Below, piece by piece: positions 1-9,500 of a stretch of 64,000 nt of DNA (its first letter is position 1; each line of letters starts with the position of its first letter). The notes under the pieces were generated by a model. It saw nothing but the letters and a program-made list of their open reading frames with translations. It was not told the origin of the DNA and made no database searches. Both the position numbers and the translations under genes were made by a program. This DNA comes from Deferribacterales bacterium (lineage in GTDB: Bacteria > Chrysiogenota > Deferribacteres > Deferribacterales > JAISNW01). Location: NCBI GenBank assembly GCA_031556255.1, contig JAVBTI010000105.1, forward strand, positions 2,180 through 66,179. Reading direction: 5' to 3'.

Positions 1-641
1 AACTGATGGAGTTGGCAAAATCGCTATTCAAAATCATTGTCCTCGGCTGGCTTGCCGTCTCCATAATAAGCGGTCACATGGACACCATTTTGCGGATGAC
101 CGACGCTGAGTTCATGGACAGCTCTGTGTTCACCGCAAAACTGCTGTTTGAGATTGTGTTTAAAATTGCTCTGGTTGTGCTCCTGCTGGGAATACTTGAT
201 TTCGCGTACCAGAAATGGCAACACAAACAGGATCTCAAAATGACTAAACAGCAGGTGAAGGAAGAATACAAGCAGATGGAGGGGGACCCTCTCATAAAAC
301 AGCGCATACGCAACGCACAGAGGGAGCTGGCGAGGAAACGGATGATGAGCGACATACCAAAATCCGATGTGGTGGTTACAAATCCTATCCACTATGCAGT
401 GGCGCTCAAATACGATCCGGAGAAAGGGCGCGCGCCCACAGTTGTAGCAAAAGGGCAAAGGCTGATGGCCCTGAAAATCAAAGACTTGGCCAGAGAATCG
501 GGGGTCTATATCCACGAAGACCCGCCGCTGGCGCAAACACTCTATAAAACACTGGATATCGGGGACGAGATTCCTGAAAACCTTTACAAGGCCATTGCGG
601 AAATACTGGCTATTGTATTCCAGATGAAAAAGAAAATATAA
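1..641 (+). CDS. flhB: Flagellar export apparatus protein FlhB, C-terminal part (gene starts upstream of the window)
   Basis: The frame of ORF 6..641 is open to the window edge. TM helices are followed by KMTKQQVKEEYKQMEGDP ... TNPIHYAVAL ... VVAKG, the block typical of the FlhB/YscU autocleavage domain. Confidence 0.9.
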   Translation, partial: LMELAKSLFKIIVLGWLAVSIISGHMDTILRMTDAEFMDSSVFTAKLLFEIVFKIALVVLLLGILDFAYQKWQHKQDLKMTKQQVKEEYKQMEGDPLIKQRIRNAQRELARKRMMSDIPKSDVVVTNPIHYAVALKYDPEKGRAPTVVAKGQRLMALKIKDLARESGVYIHEDPPLAQTLYKTLDIGDEIPENLYKAIAEILAIVFQMKKKI

Positions 642-1124
642 TTAACGGAATATTTTCCGGTATATGACTCTGTCGTCGCCGGGGATAAAATAGTCCGGCA
701 GTGTAGCCGCCCTGACATACCCCATCTTTTCGTAAAGTCCTCTGGTGGGTTTGTAAAGCTCCATGTCGGATGTAGTGATATACAGATGTCTGCCGTTGCG
801 GGCGATTACGTCGTCTTCCACCGCTTTGACAAGCGTTTTGCCGATCCCTTGTCCCTGTAAATCTTTCTGGACAGCCATCCAGTAGAAATCATAACTGCCA
901 ATCGTACCGGGGATCTCGCCATAGGCAGCGTAGCCCACCGTTTTGCCGTCCAGTTCGGCAAAAGCGAAAAGGTAGCCGCTGCTCGGATCCCTCAATGTAT
1001 CGGTGACAAGGCTCACGGCAACTGGTATCTCATCGTCGCGGAAAAATCCTGTCCCGGCGGTAAGCTCCCTGATATTTTCTTCGTCTGCTTTAGTTACTGT
1101 TCTGCGCAGCTTTATGTCCATCAT
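642..1124 (-). CDS. GNAT family N-acetyltransferase
   Basis: 160 aa with acetyl-CoA binding motif QGQGIGKTLV and GNAT-like length and layout. Convergent with flhB with no spacer. Confidence 0.8.
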   Translation of the reverse strand: MMDIKLRRTVTKADEENIRELTAGTGFFRDDEIPVAVSLVTDTLRDPSSGYLFAFAELDGKTVGYAAYGEIPGTIGSYDFYWMAVQKDLQGQGIGKTLVKAVEDDVIARNGRHLYITTSDMELYKPTRGLYEKMGYVRAATLPDYFIPGDDRVIYRKIFR

Positions 1125-1157
1125 ACACTCTCCTTATCTATTGAGCGCTATCCCTGT

Positions 1158-1231
1158 GTCCGGGGTGATAGACCCGCAATCCGGAAAAACATTATCTATC
1201 CTGGATTCCGGCTCTGAGACCGGAATGACGG
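1158..1231 (-). repeat. REP/MITE-like two-module intergenic element (family A, copy 1)
   Basis: Reverse complement reads CCGTCATTCCGGTCTCAGAGCCGGAATCCAGGATA ... GGATTGCGGGTCTATCACCCCGGAC. Compare the copy at 26179..26263. Confidence 0.6.
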
Positions 1232-1249
1232 AAAAAGAAAAAACCGCCC

Positions 1250-1504
1250 TTAATTCTCTTCCAATTCCAAGAGATCTCTCAGCTTAGGCGCCACAAAAAA
1301 TCCCGACAGATCGAAGGTCTTCAACGCACTGGCCATAAGGTCTATCTTGAAATCGTCAGACGCTTTAGGATCCATTATTATATTGTATTTTCCCTGATGC
1401 AGGCAGAGGCCGCCTCTTGCAGATGTTTTCTCGTACCGCACACGAATACCGAGCTGTTTTGCCAGATCCTCCAAACTGTGCAGGAGTTGCTTTTTCGGAG
1501 CCAT
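1250..1504 (-). CDS. Small hypothetical protein (84 aa) coupled to the cysteine desulfurase gene
   Basis: Clean ORF starting 3 nt after the stop of the upstream desulfurase gene, on the same strand. I recognise no family. Confidence 0.5.
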   Translation of the reverse strand: MAPKKQLLHSLEDLAKQLGIRVRYEKTSARGGLCLHQGKYNIIMDPKASDDFKIDLMASALKTFDLSGFFVAPKLRDLLELEEN

Positions 1505-1507
1505 TCG

Positions 1508-2728
1508 TTAACTGCGGCTCGTCTGATTATATATTGGGGACATCTGCCTCAGCTTCTCAACACCGGTTTTCAGGAGTTCCACAGCTTTATTTACCTCTTC
1601 CCCGGTATTGAACCTGCCGAAACTGAAACGTATAGTGCCTCTGATATCCACAGGATCGACGTTCATGGCGGTAAGGACGTGGGATGCCGCATCCTGACCC
1701 GCTGTGCACGCACTGCCAAGGGAGCAGCAAACCTGCGGCACATAGCCTATGATCGACTCCGCCTCCACATATTTAAAAGTAATATTGGCTATGGACGGCA
1801 CCCTGTACGAAGTATCGCCGTTCGCCACAGTATGGGGGATCTCTGCCAGTACTCTTTTCTCAAACAGATCACGCATCTCCCCCACCCGCGCTGCTTCCAG
1901 ATAGCCGTCCTCCATTATCAGTTCGGCGGCTCTCGCCAACCCCATTATATACGGAGTGTTCTCCGTTCCCGCGCGCAGACCGCCCTCCTGAGCGCCCCCG
2001 TGCATATACGGTTTTACATTTTCCCTCAGTTCTTCACGGATGAAAAGCACACCGATTCCTTTTGGGGCATATATCTTATGGCCGGAAAGGGTGAGCATGT
2101 CCACCCCAAGTTCATCCACATCGATCTTCATCTTACCCACAGCCTGTACAGCGTCGGTATGGATGAGGATTTTATGCTCTTTCGCTATTTTGGCGGCCTC
2201 TTTTATAGGGAAAAGGGTACCCACCTCGTTATTGGCCAGCATAAGGCTTATCAGGATCGTATCCGGACGGACTGCGCGTTTCAGATCTTCCATAGAGATC
2301 ATCCCTTTGGCGTTCACAGGCAGGTATGTGACCTCGCACCCTTCCCCTTCCAAAAACCGGCATGTTTCCAGTATGGCTTTATGTTCAACGGCGGATGTTA
2401 TGATGTGCCTGCCCTTGTTTTTCAGCATGCGGGCGGTCTGGATGAGTGCGAAATTGTCCGCCTCAGTGCCGCATCCCATGAAAATTATCTCCTGCGGAGC
2501 GCAGTTGATAAGCCTGGCAACGGTTTGCCGCGCAGTGCCAAGGTCTGCGTGCATGGCCTGCCCTAACGTATGGATGCTGGAAGGGTTACCGTAAATCTCC
2601 GTAAAATACGGCGCCATTGCCTCGACAACCCTTTCATCTACTCGGGTTGTGGCGCTGTTGTCGAAATAAATGACATCTTTATTATAAGCGGGTGTACCGC
2701 CGTTTGAATGTGAATTACTCCCGTTCAT
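1508..2728 (-). CDS. Cysteine desulfurase (NifS/IscS class, PLP-dependent)
   Basis: 406 aa. PLP-lysine motif SGHKIYAPKGIG, active-site loop CSLGSACTAG, and an N-terminal FDNSATT block. Confidence 0.9.
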   Translation of the reverse strand: MNGSNSHSNGGTPAYNKDVIYFDNSATTRVDERVVEAMAPYFTEIYGNPSSIHTLGQAMHADLGTARQTVARLINCAPQEIIFMGCGTEADNFALIQTARMLKNKGRHIITSAVEHKAILETCRFLEGEGCEVTYLPVNAKGMISMEDLKRAVRPDTILISLMLANNEVGTLFPIKEAAKIAKEHKILIHTDAVQAVGKMKIDVDELGVDMLTLSGHKIYAPKGIGVLFIREELRENVKPYMHGGAQEGGLRAGTENTPYIMGLARAAELIMEDGYLEAARVGEMRDLFEKRVLAEIPHTVANGDTSYRVPSIANITFKYVEAESIIGYVPQVCCSLGSACTAGQDAASHVLTAMNVDPVDIRGTIRFSFGRFNTGEEVNKAVELLKTGVEKLRQMSPIYNQTSRS

Positions 2729-2911
2729 ACCCTAATCTTCCTCCGTATCGGTAATACTATGGAATCAAAAAAAAGATAAATCAACACTTTTTTTAAACGT
2801 CCACCCGGCAAGGAGTTCAGGTTTTTTACTTACAATTTTCCGTCATGTCCGAAAATTGCTGGGCATGACTGGATATTTTCTGTATCATTCAACCGGAGGC
2901 ACTTATCACTC

Positions 2912-4351
2912 ATGTTTGACAATAATGCGGCATATGCAGCACTTGCCGCGAAGGATAGCCGATTTGACGGTGTTTTCTTCGTGGGAGTTTCGTCCACCGG
3001 AGTATATTGCCGGCCGGTCTGCACAGCAAAAACGCCGAAGCTGGAGAACTGCACTTTTTTCAGCAGCGCGGCGGAGGCGGAAAAATCCGGCTACCGGCCG
3101 TGTTTATTATGCCGCCCGGAACTGGCCCCCGGCAAAGCCGCCGTAGACGCTGAAAAACGCCTTGCCGACAGCGCCATTGCTATGATAGGCGAGAGTAACC
3201 TGGCGGACGGTTCTCTGGAAGAACTTTCCTCAAAGCTGGGGATAACCGCGCGGCACATGCGGCGGGTTTTCAAAGAACAGTTCGGTGTTTCCCCGGTTGA
3301 ATACCTCCAGACCAGACGCCTTCTTTTTGCAAAGCATCTACTTACCGAGACGCAGCTTCCGGTCACCGATATCGCCATGGCCGCCGGGTTCGGCAGCCTG
3401 AGAAGGTTCAACGATATATTTAAAAAACGTTACTCCCTCTCCCCGACATCAATACGCAAAAAAACACCTCTTGAAACAAAAAATAAGGAGGGGATAACGC
3501 TCACATTGCAGTACAGGCCGCCATATAAATGGGAAGCGCTTATAAACTTCCTGGGGAACCGCTGCATAAGCGGAGTTGAACACATGAACAGCGGTATGTA
3601 TTGCCGCGCGCTGACCGTGGAGAGCGGAAAACACCGGCTGAGGGGCTGGATTGCATGCGGACATCTGCCGGAAAAAAACGCCGTTACTGTCACAATGTCA
3701 AGGGAATTGCTGCCGGCAGCCACACAGGTGATAGCCAAAGTCCGTCATGTGTTCGATCTGGATGCACACCCGAATGTCATCGCCGAACGGCTGGCCGGTA
3801 TGGGCAATATGCTTGTGCCGGGAATGCGTGTATGTGGTGCGTTTAACGGCTTCGAACTGGCCGTGAGAGCTGTCCTGGGGCAACAGATCACGGTTAAAGC
3901 GGCACGCACTCTGGCGGGAAGGGTTGCAGCGGCGTTCGGAACGCCGGTCGACACCCCTTTTAAGGAGGTAGCTTACGCTTTCCCCTCACCTGAAGTGATC
4001 GCAAAACTGGAAGGAATTGACGAAATAGCTAAACTCGGCATAATCGCCGCCAGGGCCAAAACGATAATCGCGCTGGCAAAGGCCTGTGCATCCGGCGAAC
4101 TCGTACTTTCTCCCGCTTCCGACGCAACAGATGAAATGGAAAAACTTCTCAGCCTGCCGGGAATCGGACCTTGGACGGCTAACTACATTGCCATGAGGGC
4201 AATGGGCTGGACGGATGCATTTTTACCTACTGATTACGGCATAAAAAAGGCACTGTCAGGGCAGACGGAGAAAGAGATTGTGACTATGGCGGAAGGATGG
4301 CGGCCATGGCGGGCATACGCCGCCATGATGTTGTGGAACTCTTTAGCATAA
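2912..4351 (+). CDS. Ada N-domain / AraC-HTH / AlkA fusion (methylphosphotriester sensor-regulator fused to DNA-3-methyladenine glycosylase II)
   Basis: The four-Cys Ada zinc motif YCRPVCTAK...RPCLLCRP matches E. coli FCRPSCRAR...RPCKRCQP. It is followed by an AraC-type HTH (ARHMRRVFKEQFGVSP...) and an HhH-GPD glycosylase end (LPGIGPWTANYIAMRA...PTDYG). Confidence 0.85.
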   Translation: MFDNNAAYAALAAKDSRFDGVFFVGVSSTGVYCRPVCTAKTPKLENCTFFSSAAEAEKSGYRPCLLCRPELAPGKAAVDAEKRLADSAIAMIGESNLADGSLEELSSKLGITARHMRRVFKEQFGVSPVEYLQTRRLLFAKHLLTETQLPVTDIAMAAGFGSLRRFNDIFKKRYSLSPTSIRKKTPLETKNKEGITLTLQYRPPYKWEALINFLGNRCISGVEHMNSGMYCRALTVESGKHRLRGWIACGHLPEKNAVTVTMSRELLPAATQVIAKVRHVFDLDAHPNVIAERLAGMGNMLVPGMRVCGAFNGFELAVRAVLGQQITVKAARTLAGRVAAAFGTPVDTPFKEVAYAFPSPEVIAKLEGIDEIAKLGIIAARAKTIIALAKACASGELVLSPASDATDEMEKLLSLPGIGPWTANYIAMRAMGWTDAFLPTDYGIKKALSGQTEKEIVTMAEGWRPWRAYAAMMLWNSLA

Positions 4352-4504
4352 ATACGGAGCCCGATCAAAACGAAAGCGTCAGGCCGGATGCGATGCCGGG
4401 CAGACCTGGCTGAAGCAACCGGAGTGTACATAGAGGTGTATTAGAATTGCCGAAGGAATGGCTAACAACGCAGCGCGCCAGCATCACGCTTTCATCAAAC
4501 GGAA

Positions 4505-4529
4505 AACTCACCGGCATAGCCGGTGAGTT
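4505..4529. terminator. 10-bp stem hairpin (AACTCACCGG-CATAG-CCGGTGAGTT) about 150 nt downstream of the ada-alkA stop
   Basis: Perfect inverted repeat read directly from the sequence. There is no clean U-tract, so terminator function is uncertain. Confidence 0.3.
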
Positions 4530-4965
4530 CTTAGAAAGGGACGTTACTGTTATAGAAAGGGGTATTTGACATTATGCCCACCAGAACGGCAGACATTGAT
4601 ATTGATTACTTTTTGAATCTGTCGTAAATCTGCCGTGACCCTACACGGGCACAAAAGAACCGGCGTGTGAACAACTCATTATGTGCACATAAATAGTCCG
4701 TAAGTTTTATCTTGCTGCGCATATATTATCCTTTCCATTGGGGTTATACCCCGTTCAGGGTACTGAATTTGTGTGCCTCTTATTTTACAGGGACCAAACA
4801 AACAATCTGATTAAATAATTTACTTAATAAGTGATCTTATTTAGTCAACATAAGATAAATTTTAAGAAAATCAAGAGAATTTTTAATGTTTACTTAAATC
4901 TGAAAATATCTTCTTTATCAAACGATTACACAGTTTGCCTGCCGCATTGAACAAAATATTTTATG

Positions 4966-5022
4966 GGCGGAAAATAAAAATACGATTTAGTGCCCCCGAC
5001 GGCAGAACACCGCCGGGGGGCA
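4966..5022 (-). terminator. Candidate intrinsic terminator after the Mo-oxidoreductase operon
   Basis: GC-rich hairpin TGCCCCCG...CGGGGGGCA at 4991..5022 lies about 20 nt after the torD-like stop. On the minus strand a T-rich run (TATTTTTATTTT) follows, but about 8 nt away from the stem. Confidence 0.4.
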
Positions 5023-5042
5023 TTTCAGAGGAAGGATTGTTA

Positions 5043-5726
5043 CTATAAGCTTTTTTCTTCGGACCATTCTTCCAAAAGGGCACGATCGATCATGACATAC
5101 TGCCAGGCGGTTTTCACCGCGGCCTTAATATAATCAGAACTGCTGTTGGCGTATATATCAGCCGCTAAAAGAGGCATCCAGCACTCAATATGATTCCGCA
5201 GGAACATTTTCTGGAGTTCCGCCTCCGGAACCCCGCTCCCGCCGCCGGAAAGCGATTCCGCCATTTTGCGCGACATATGTGCAATATAACTCATCTCGGC
5301 GGTCATATGGTCCTCCGGTTCTTTAAAATCCTTATCTTTAGCGATTCCGGCATTGTAATACTCTTCCCGCACTTCTTCCCACGGTTTCTGCATCACAAGG
5401 CGATCAGAGGACAGGAACACAGATTCATGCGGCGTAATAGTATGCCCGGTGCCCGCTTTTTCCACCCCCAGGAAGAGGCGGGCAAACTCCGCCGCCTCTT
5501 TACCGTAGTCCGGCTCCGCTGCCAGACAGCTTTCCAACTCACCGATTGCGTCAAGCATCTCATTCTGACCGTACTGGAGCGCATACTCCCTGAGCACCGG
5601 GACATATTTCCTCAAATTTTCCGCGTGCTTCGCGTCCAACTCCCTGTAAAACACCACTGACAGGAGATTATATATATCCGCACGCAGCCTGAAAAATTCT
5701 GCCAGTCCATCCATGGCGGATTTCAA
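5043..5726 (-). CDS. TorD/DmsD-family redox enzyme maturation chaperone
   Basis: 227 aa. Family blocks FARLFLG...PHESVF...EPEDHMTAEMSYIAHM...FLRNHIECW. The ATGA overlap with the upstream Fe-S subunit gene suggests translational coupling. Confidence 0.8.
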   Translation of the reverse strand: MKSAMDGLAEFFRLRADIYNLLSVVFYRELDAKHAENLRKYVPVLREYALQYGQNEMLDAIGELESCLAAEPDYGKEAAEFARLFLGVEKAGTGHTITPHESVFLSSDRLVMQKPWEEVREEYYNAGIAKDKDFKEPEDHMTAEMSYIAHMSRKMAESLSGGGSGVPEAELQKMFLRNHIECWMPLLAADIYANSSSDYIKAAVKTAWQYVMIDRALLEEWSEEKSL

Positions 5727-6493
5727 CTCTTCACCTTAAACAGTATGCTGGGTTTGGTATTTATACCTAATGCCGCCACACGGTCGTCCGGAAAGTCGGG
5801 AAGCACGGACTCTGCGGAAGGATATTTAGACTTCAGCTCCGTCAACGGGCCTGCGTCAAGGGCGCGATTCCAGCAGGCAGCCACACAGGCAGGTTTCAGA
5901 TTATTTTTAATGCGATCCAGGCACATAGTGCATTTGGTCATTCTGGGCCTGTCAGGAGCGCCGTAAGAATAGCTGCGATATTCAGGATCGTAAAACTGCG
6001 GCGCCTCCCAGGGGCATGCCTCCCGGCAACGGCCGCATGATATGCATCCCACGTTTGAAACCAGTACAGCTCCGTATTGCGGATCTTTGGATATTATACC
6101 CATGGGGCATACCTTCACGCACGCCGGATCTTCACAATGATTACATCCCACAGAAATATATCGGCGGTCAACTGTGCTGGAAAAAACGCCTTTACCGTCC
6201 ATAGCCACCGAGCCGGTTTCGCTTGTGGTTACCCTGCGCCAGTCCTCTTTCATGTAATATTTGCGGTACAGGGCGTAATTGGTGGTTTTCGTGGCCGAAT
6301 TGATAAAATAGCTGCCCTTCTCAGCCGCACCGTCAGCTACCATATATGCCGATTCATATACGGCCTTCGACGCCGGGGCCGCATTGATCGCCGCATCGCC
6401 CCTGCGCTCGTCATTCCAGTTCTTGCAGGCTGTGGTACAGGTCTTACAGCCTATGCATCTATCCTGATTAAAATAAAATCCCCACTGGTTCAT
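5723..6493 (-). CDS. 4Fe-4S ferredoxin-type electron-transfer subunit (DmsB-like) of the Mo-oxidoreductase
   Basis: 256 aa. Cys groups CIGCKTCTTAC, CNHCEDPACVKVCP, CISCGRCREACP and CTMC...CVAAC. RBS GAGGAGG 7 nt upstream of the ATG. Confidence 0.88.
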   Translation of the reverse strand: MNQWGFYFNQDRCIGCKTCTTACKNWNDERRGDAAINAAPASKAVYESAYMVADGAAEKGSYFINSATKTTNYALYRKYYMKEDWRRVTTSETGSVAMDGKGVFSSTVDRRYISVGCNHCEDPACVKVCPMGIISKDPQYGAVLVSNVGCISCGRCREACPWEAPQFYDPEYRSYSYGAPDRPRMTKCTMCLDRIKNNLKPACVAACWNRALDAGPLTELKSKYPSAESVLPDFPDDRVAALGINTKPSILFKVKS

Positions 6494-6503
6494 ACTTGCC
6501 TCC

Positions 6504-9500
6504 TCATTCCGGCTTCGTCAAACTGATTTCGCATGGGCCTGACTGGGCGGGAACCGCTCCGCCGCACCAAAGGGAGTCTTCCCCGAAGTAGTCGTTTGTG
6601 AGCACATTGTCGTTGCCGCCCAAATCCACGGGTGCGGTCGTTTCAAAGAATTTGTCCGGGTTCGCTATATCCTGCCCCGTCTGCATCCACACTTTCACCA
6701 TCTCCGTGGAAGAAGGACGGTACCAGGCGCCGTGCTCTATACTTACAACCCCCGGAAGGATCTGTTGTGTCAGGTGAGCCGGAATTTTTATACAACCGCG
6801 GTCATTATATATATAAACCAGATCCCCCTCCTTGATCCCCCGCTCACCGGCGGTAGAAGGATTAATCTTGACCACCTGCGGAAACTGGTCCTTAATAGCC
6901 GCCACGCCGTCAAACACCGTGTGTCCGCGGTTCCTTGACTTGTTCGTCATATAATAAAGTTTATAATTGCGCCCGCTGATCGGCGAATTGTATCCGGTAA
7001 AAGTGCCCAGGGGATTGGCCGATGGAATGCTTCTGTCGAAAAACATCTCATAACCCTGTATAACCGGCTGATAACAGGCCGTGGCGCTTCTCCATCCGCC
7101 CGGGTAATAAAGAAAATCAGGCAGATCATCTGCAGGGCGTTTCGTACCGGGACGCATAGCCCTCATCGGTGAATAAAAGTTAATAAATCCGGTGGATGTG
7201 TCAAGGGTGCCTGAAGGGGTGTATGTTTTCATCGGTACGATAGGTTTGTCTTTGGGGGTAACGACTGTATACGAACCCTCCTGTTTCAGCGTATCAAGAG
7301 AAGGCAGCTCCGCGTTCGGCTGGCCGGTTGAACTTTTGTACAGGTTGGTCAGTCTCAGACTTGTAAACGCCTCTTCCCCCTTTAAATCAAACGGAACCAC
7401 AAGGAGCGGGCTGGGTCCGCCGGCATTGTTCATGGCGGCATTCAGCCTGTTCCAGAGCTCGGTCTGGATTTTATCCTCCGGCCATGTATCGTACATAACA
7501 TCCACTGCTTTCTGTCTGTGGTAAAGTGTGCTCATCCCGAGCCCGGGAGAGTAAGAATCGTCTGTTTCAAGGTGCGTGCAGGCGGGCAGCACTATATCAG
7601 CCATCATTGCGGTCGGTGTCATGACCTGATCAATAACCACGAGCGTCGGTACCTTCATATAGGCGGCCCTGTTTTTGCTGGAATTGGGATGGGTCATGAT
7701 ATTGTTCATATTAGAGTGGATGACTATATCCACCTGCAGAGGCAGATAGCTGGTTATATCGAAACCAAACTGGTACTTCACGTCATTAATCAGATCCTGC
7801 TTGCGCCTATGGTCTTTTCCGGTCAATACCACATGCTGCCAGGAGGCAAGTTCAAGGTTTATCGCGGCAGCGGTTCTGGGGTCGGTAGCATTGGGTTGTG
7901 AATATATATCAACACCGCCGGCACTGAAAGTCAGTGATTCGGAGAATGAACCCATCGACATGCCTGCGAGACCGCCGCCCGATTTTTCCACATAACCGCA
8001 CATGGCGGACAGGCAGAACATCGACCACACCCATTCACTGGCATTCCATGCTCTCTGCGGGCCGCCGCCGGTCTCTATGAAAGCTGCATCGGTGGCATGG
8101 TTTGCGTATTCTGAGTACTTGAAAGCAAGGGCTTCGATCACACCGGCATTTACACCCGTCAAGCAGGAGACATAATCAAGCACCTTGGTGTATCTATCCA
8201 GTGCCTCGCCGACATTTGCCGGTACTGCCGGCTGTTCATATTTGTAGCCATCGGCGCTGCTTTTGCCCGTAGCCACTGGAGCTCCGGCCCATTCAACTTC
8301 ACGGCTTTCCAGATATTCCTGATATGACTCGCCTGCCGGAACCCTGAACTTGAACCCGTGAAGCGCCGTCCCTGAAGACAGGCTTACACCGTCCGCGTTG
8401 AAACGGTCCGAAGGCACTATATCCCTTGTGGCTTTGATAGGAAAGTTGATCCTGTCCATTCCGGTTGCGGGCCCCTGGCTGACCACAGTGTCGTTCTCCC
8501 AGAAGCCAAAACATTTACGGGCGGACTGATCCGCGCCCACAGCCGGGTTTGTCAGATATGCGGCGCTATAGCGTTTATTCTTATAGATCACATAGGCAAG
8601 TGCGGTGGCAAGTGCCGCGTCGGTCGCCGGGCGGCATCCTATCCATCTGGGTATACTTATGGTATTATTACCTCCTCCCAGATCGGCGTGGCGGGTGTAT
8701 GCATAATTCGGAAGGCCGCTGGAAAGCACCGCCGCGGCATCGGAATGATTGGCGGCTATCACAACCATCGGGATCCCGTTTTCTTTCACTTTCGCATTCA
8801 GAAAATGAGTGTGGATATTCCAATATGTAGTGCGGGTGGTATCCAGCGCCCATGTGATCATAAACTTGGTATTATATCTGTCCGTGCGGCTGTTTATCGA
8901 TGCGCTGTAGCCTACCGTGTCGAACTTACCCAGATCGACACCGCCGTACGATTCGTTGCCGTACATTCTGATAAACGGCTTTTTACCGGCGTAATAAGCT
9001 ATCGTGGACCAGTAATAATAGTGTGAAATAACCGGGGCATAAGGCAGGTTTTCGCTGTCCGCCCTGTCATAAGCGGCTTTCAGCTTTGTAACAACCGCAT
9101 TCAGCGCTGTATCCCATGACACGCGCTTGAAGCCGTTCGGGTCACCCTTAGGTTTTGTGCCGTCCCTCATCAGCGGATATTTGAGCCTGTCCGGCTGATA
9201 AAGGATCCCCTGGTATCCGCCATAACAGCGGACGCACGCCCGCAGCTCCATAGGCTTGCCCAGTTCGGAGCCGTCCCACTCCGCCTGTGCATCCGCATCG
9301 GAGCCCCTCTGTTTGTCCCCGGCGGAGGTAAACCTCACAACTTTACCGTTTTTCACATGCACTTTTTGCTGGCAGCGGCTTCCACAGTTGTATGGGCCGG
9401 TTGTATGGAGAATTGTCTCCGTATTGGGGTCATACACAAGGCCTTCGGCGGGGGCCAGCACCTGATCGCCATTGCCGTTTGAACCGCTGCAGCCGCTGAC

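Noticed and set aside
1397-2566. 389-aa ORF on the plus strand
   Set aside because: It lies entirely antisense to the strongly recognisable cysteine desulfurase gene. Its sequence is Arg/His/Cys/Pro-rich with no motifs, typical of a shadow ORF in a mid-GC genome.
4679-4692. TTATGTGCACATAA as a dif/Xer site
   Set aside because: The arm orientation (TTATG-N4-CATAA) is the reverse of dif (..CATAA-N6-TTATG..). The window looks origin-proximal, not terminus-proximal. It is kept only as an unexplained palindrome.
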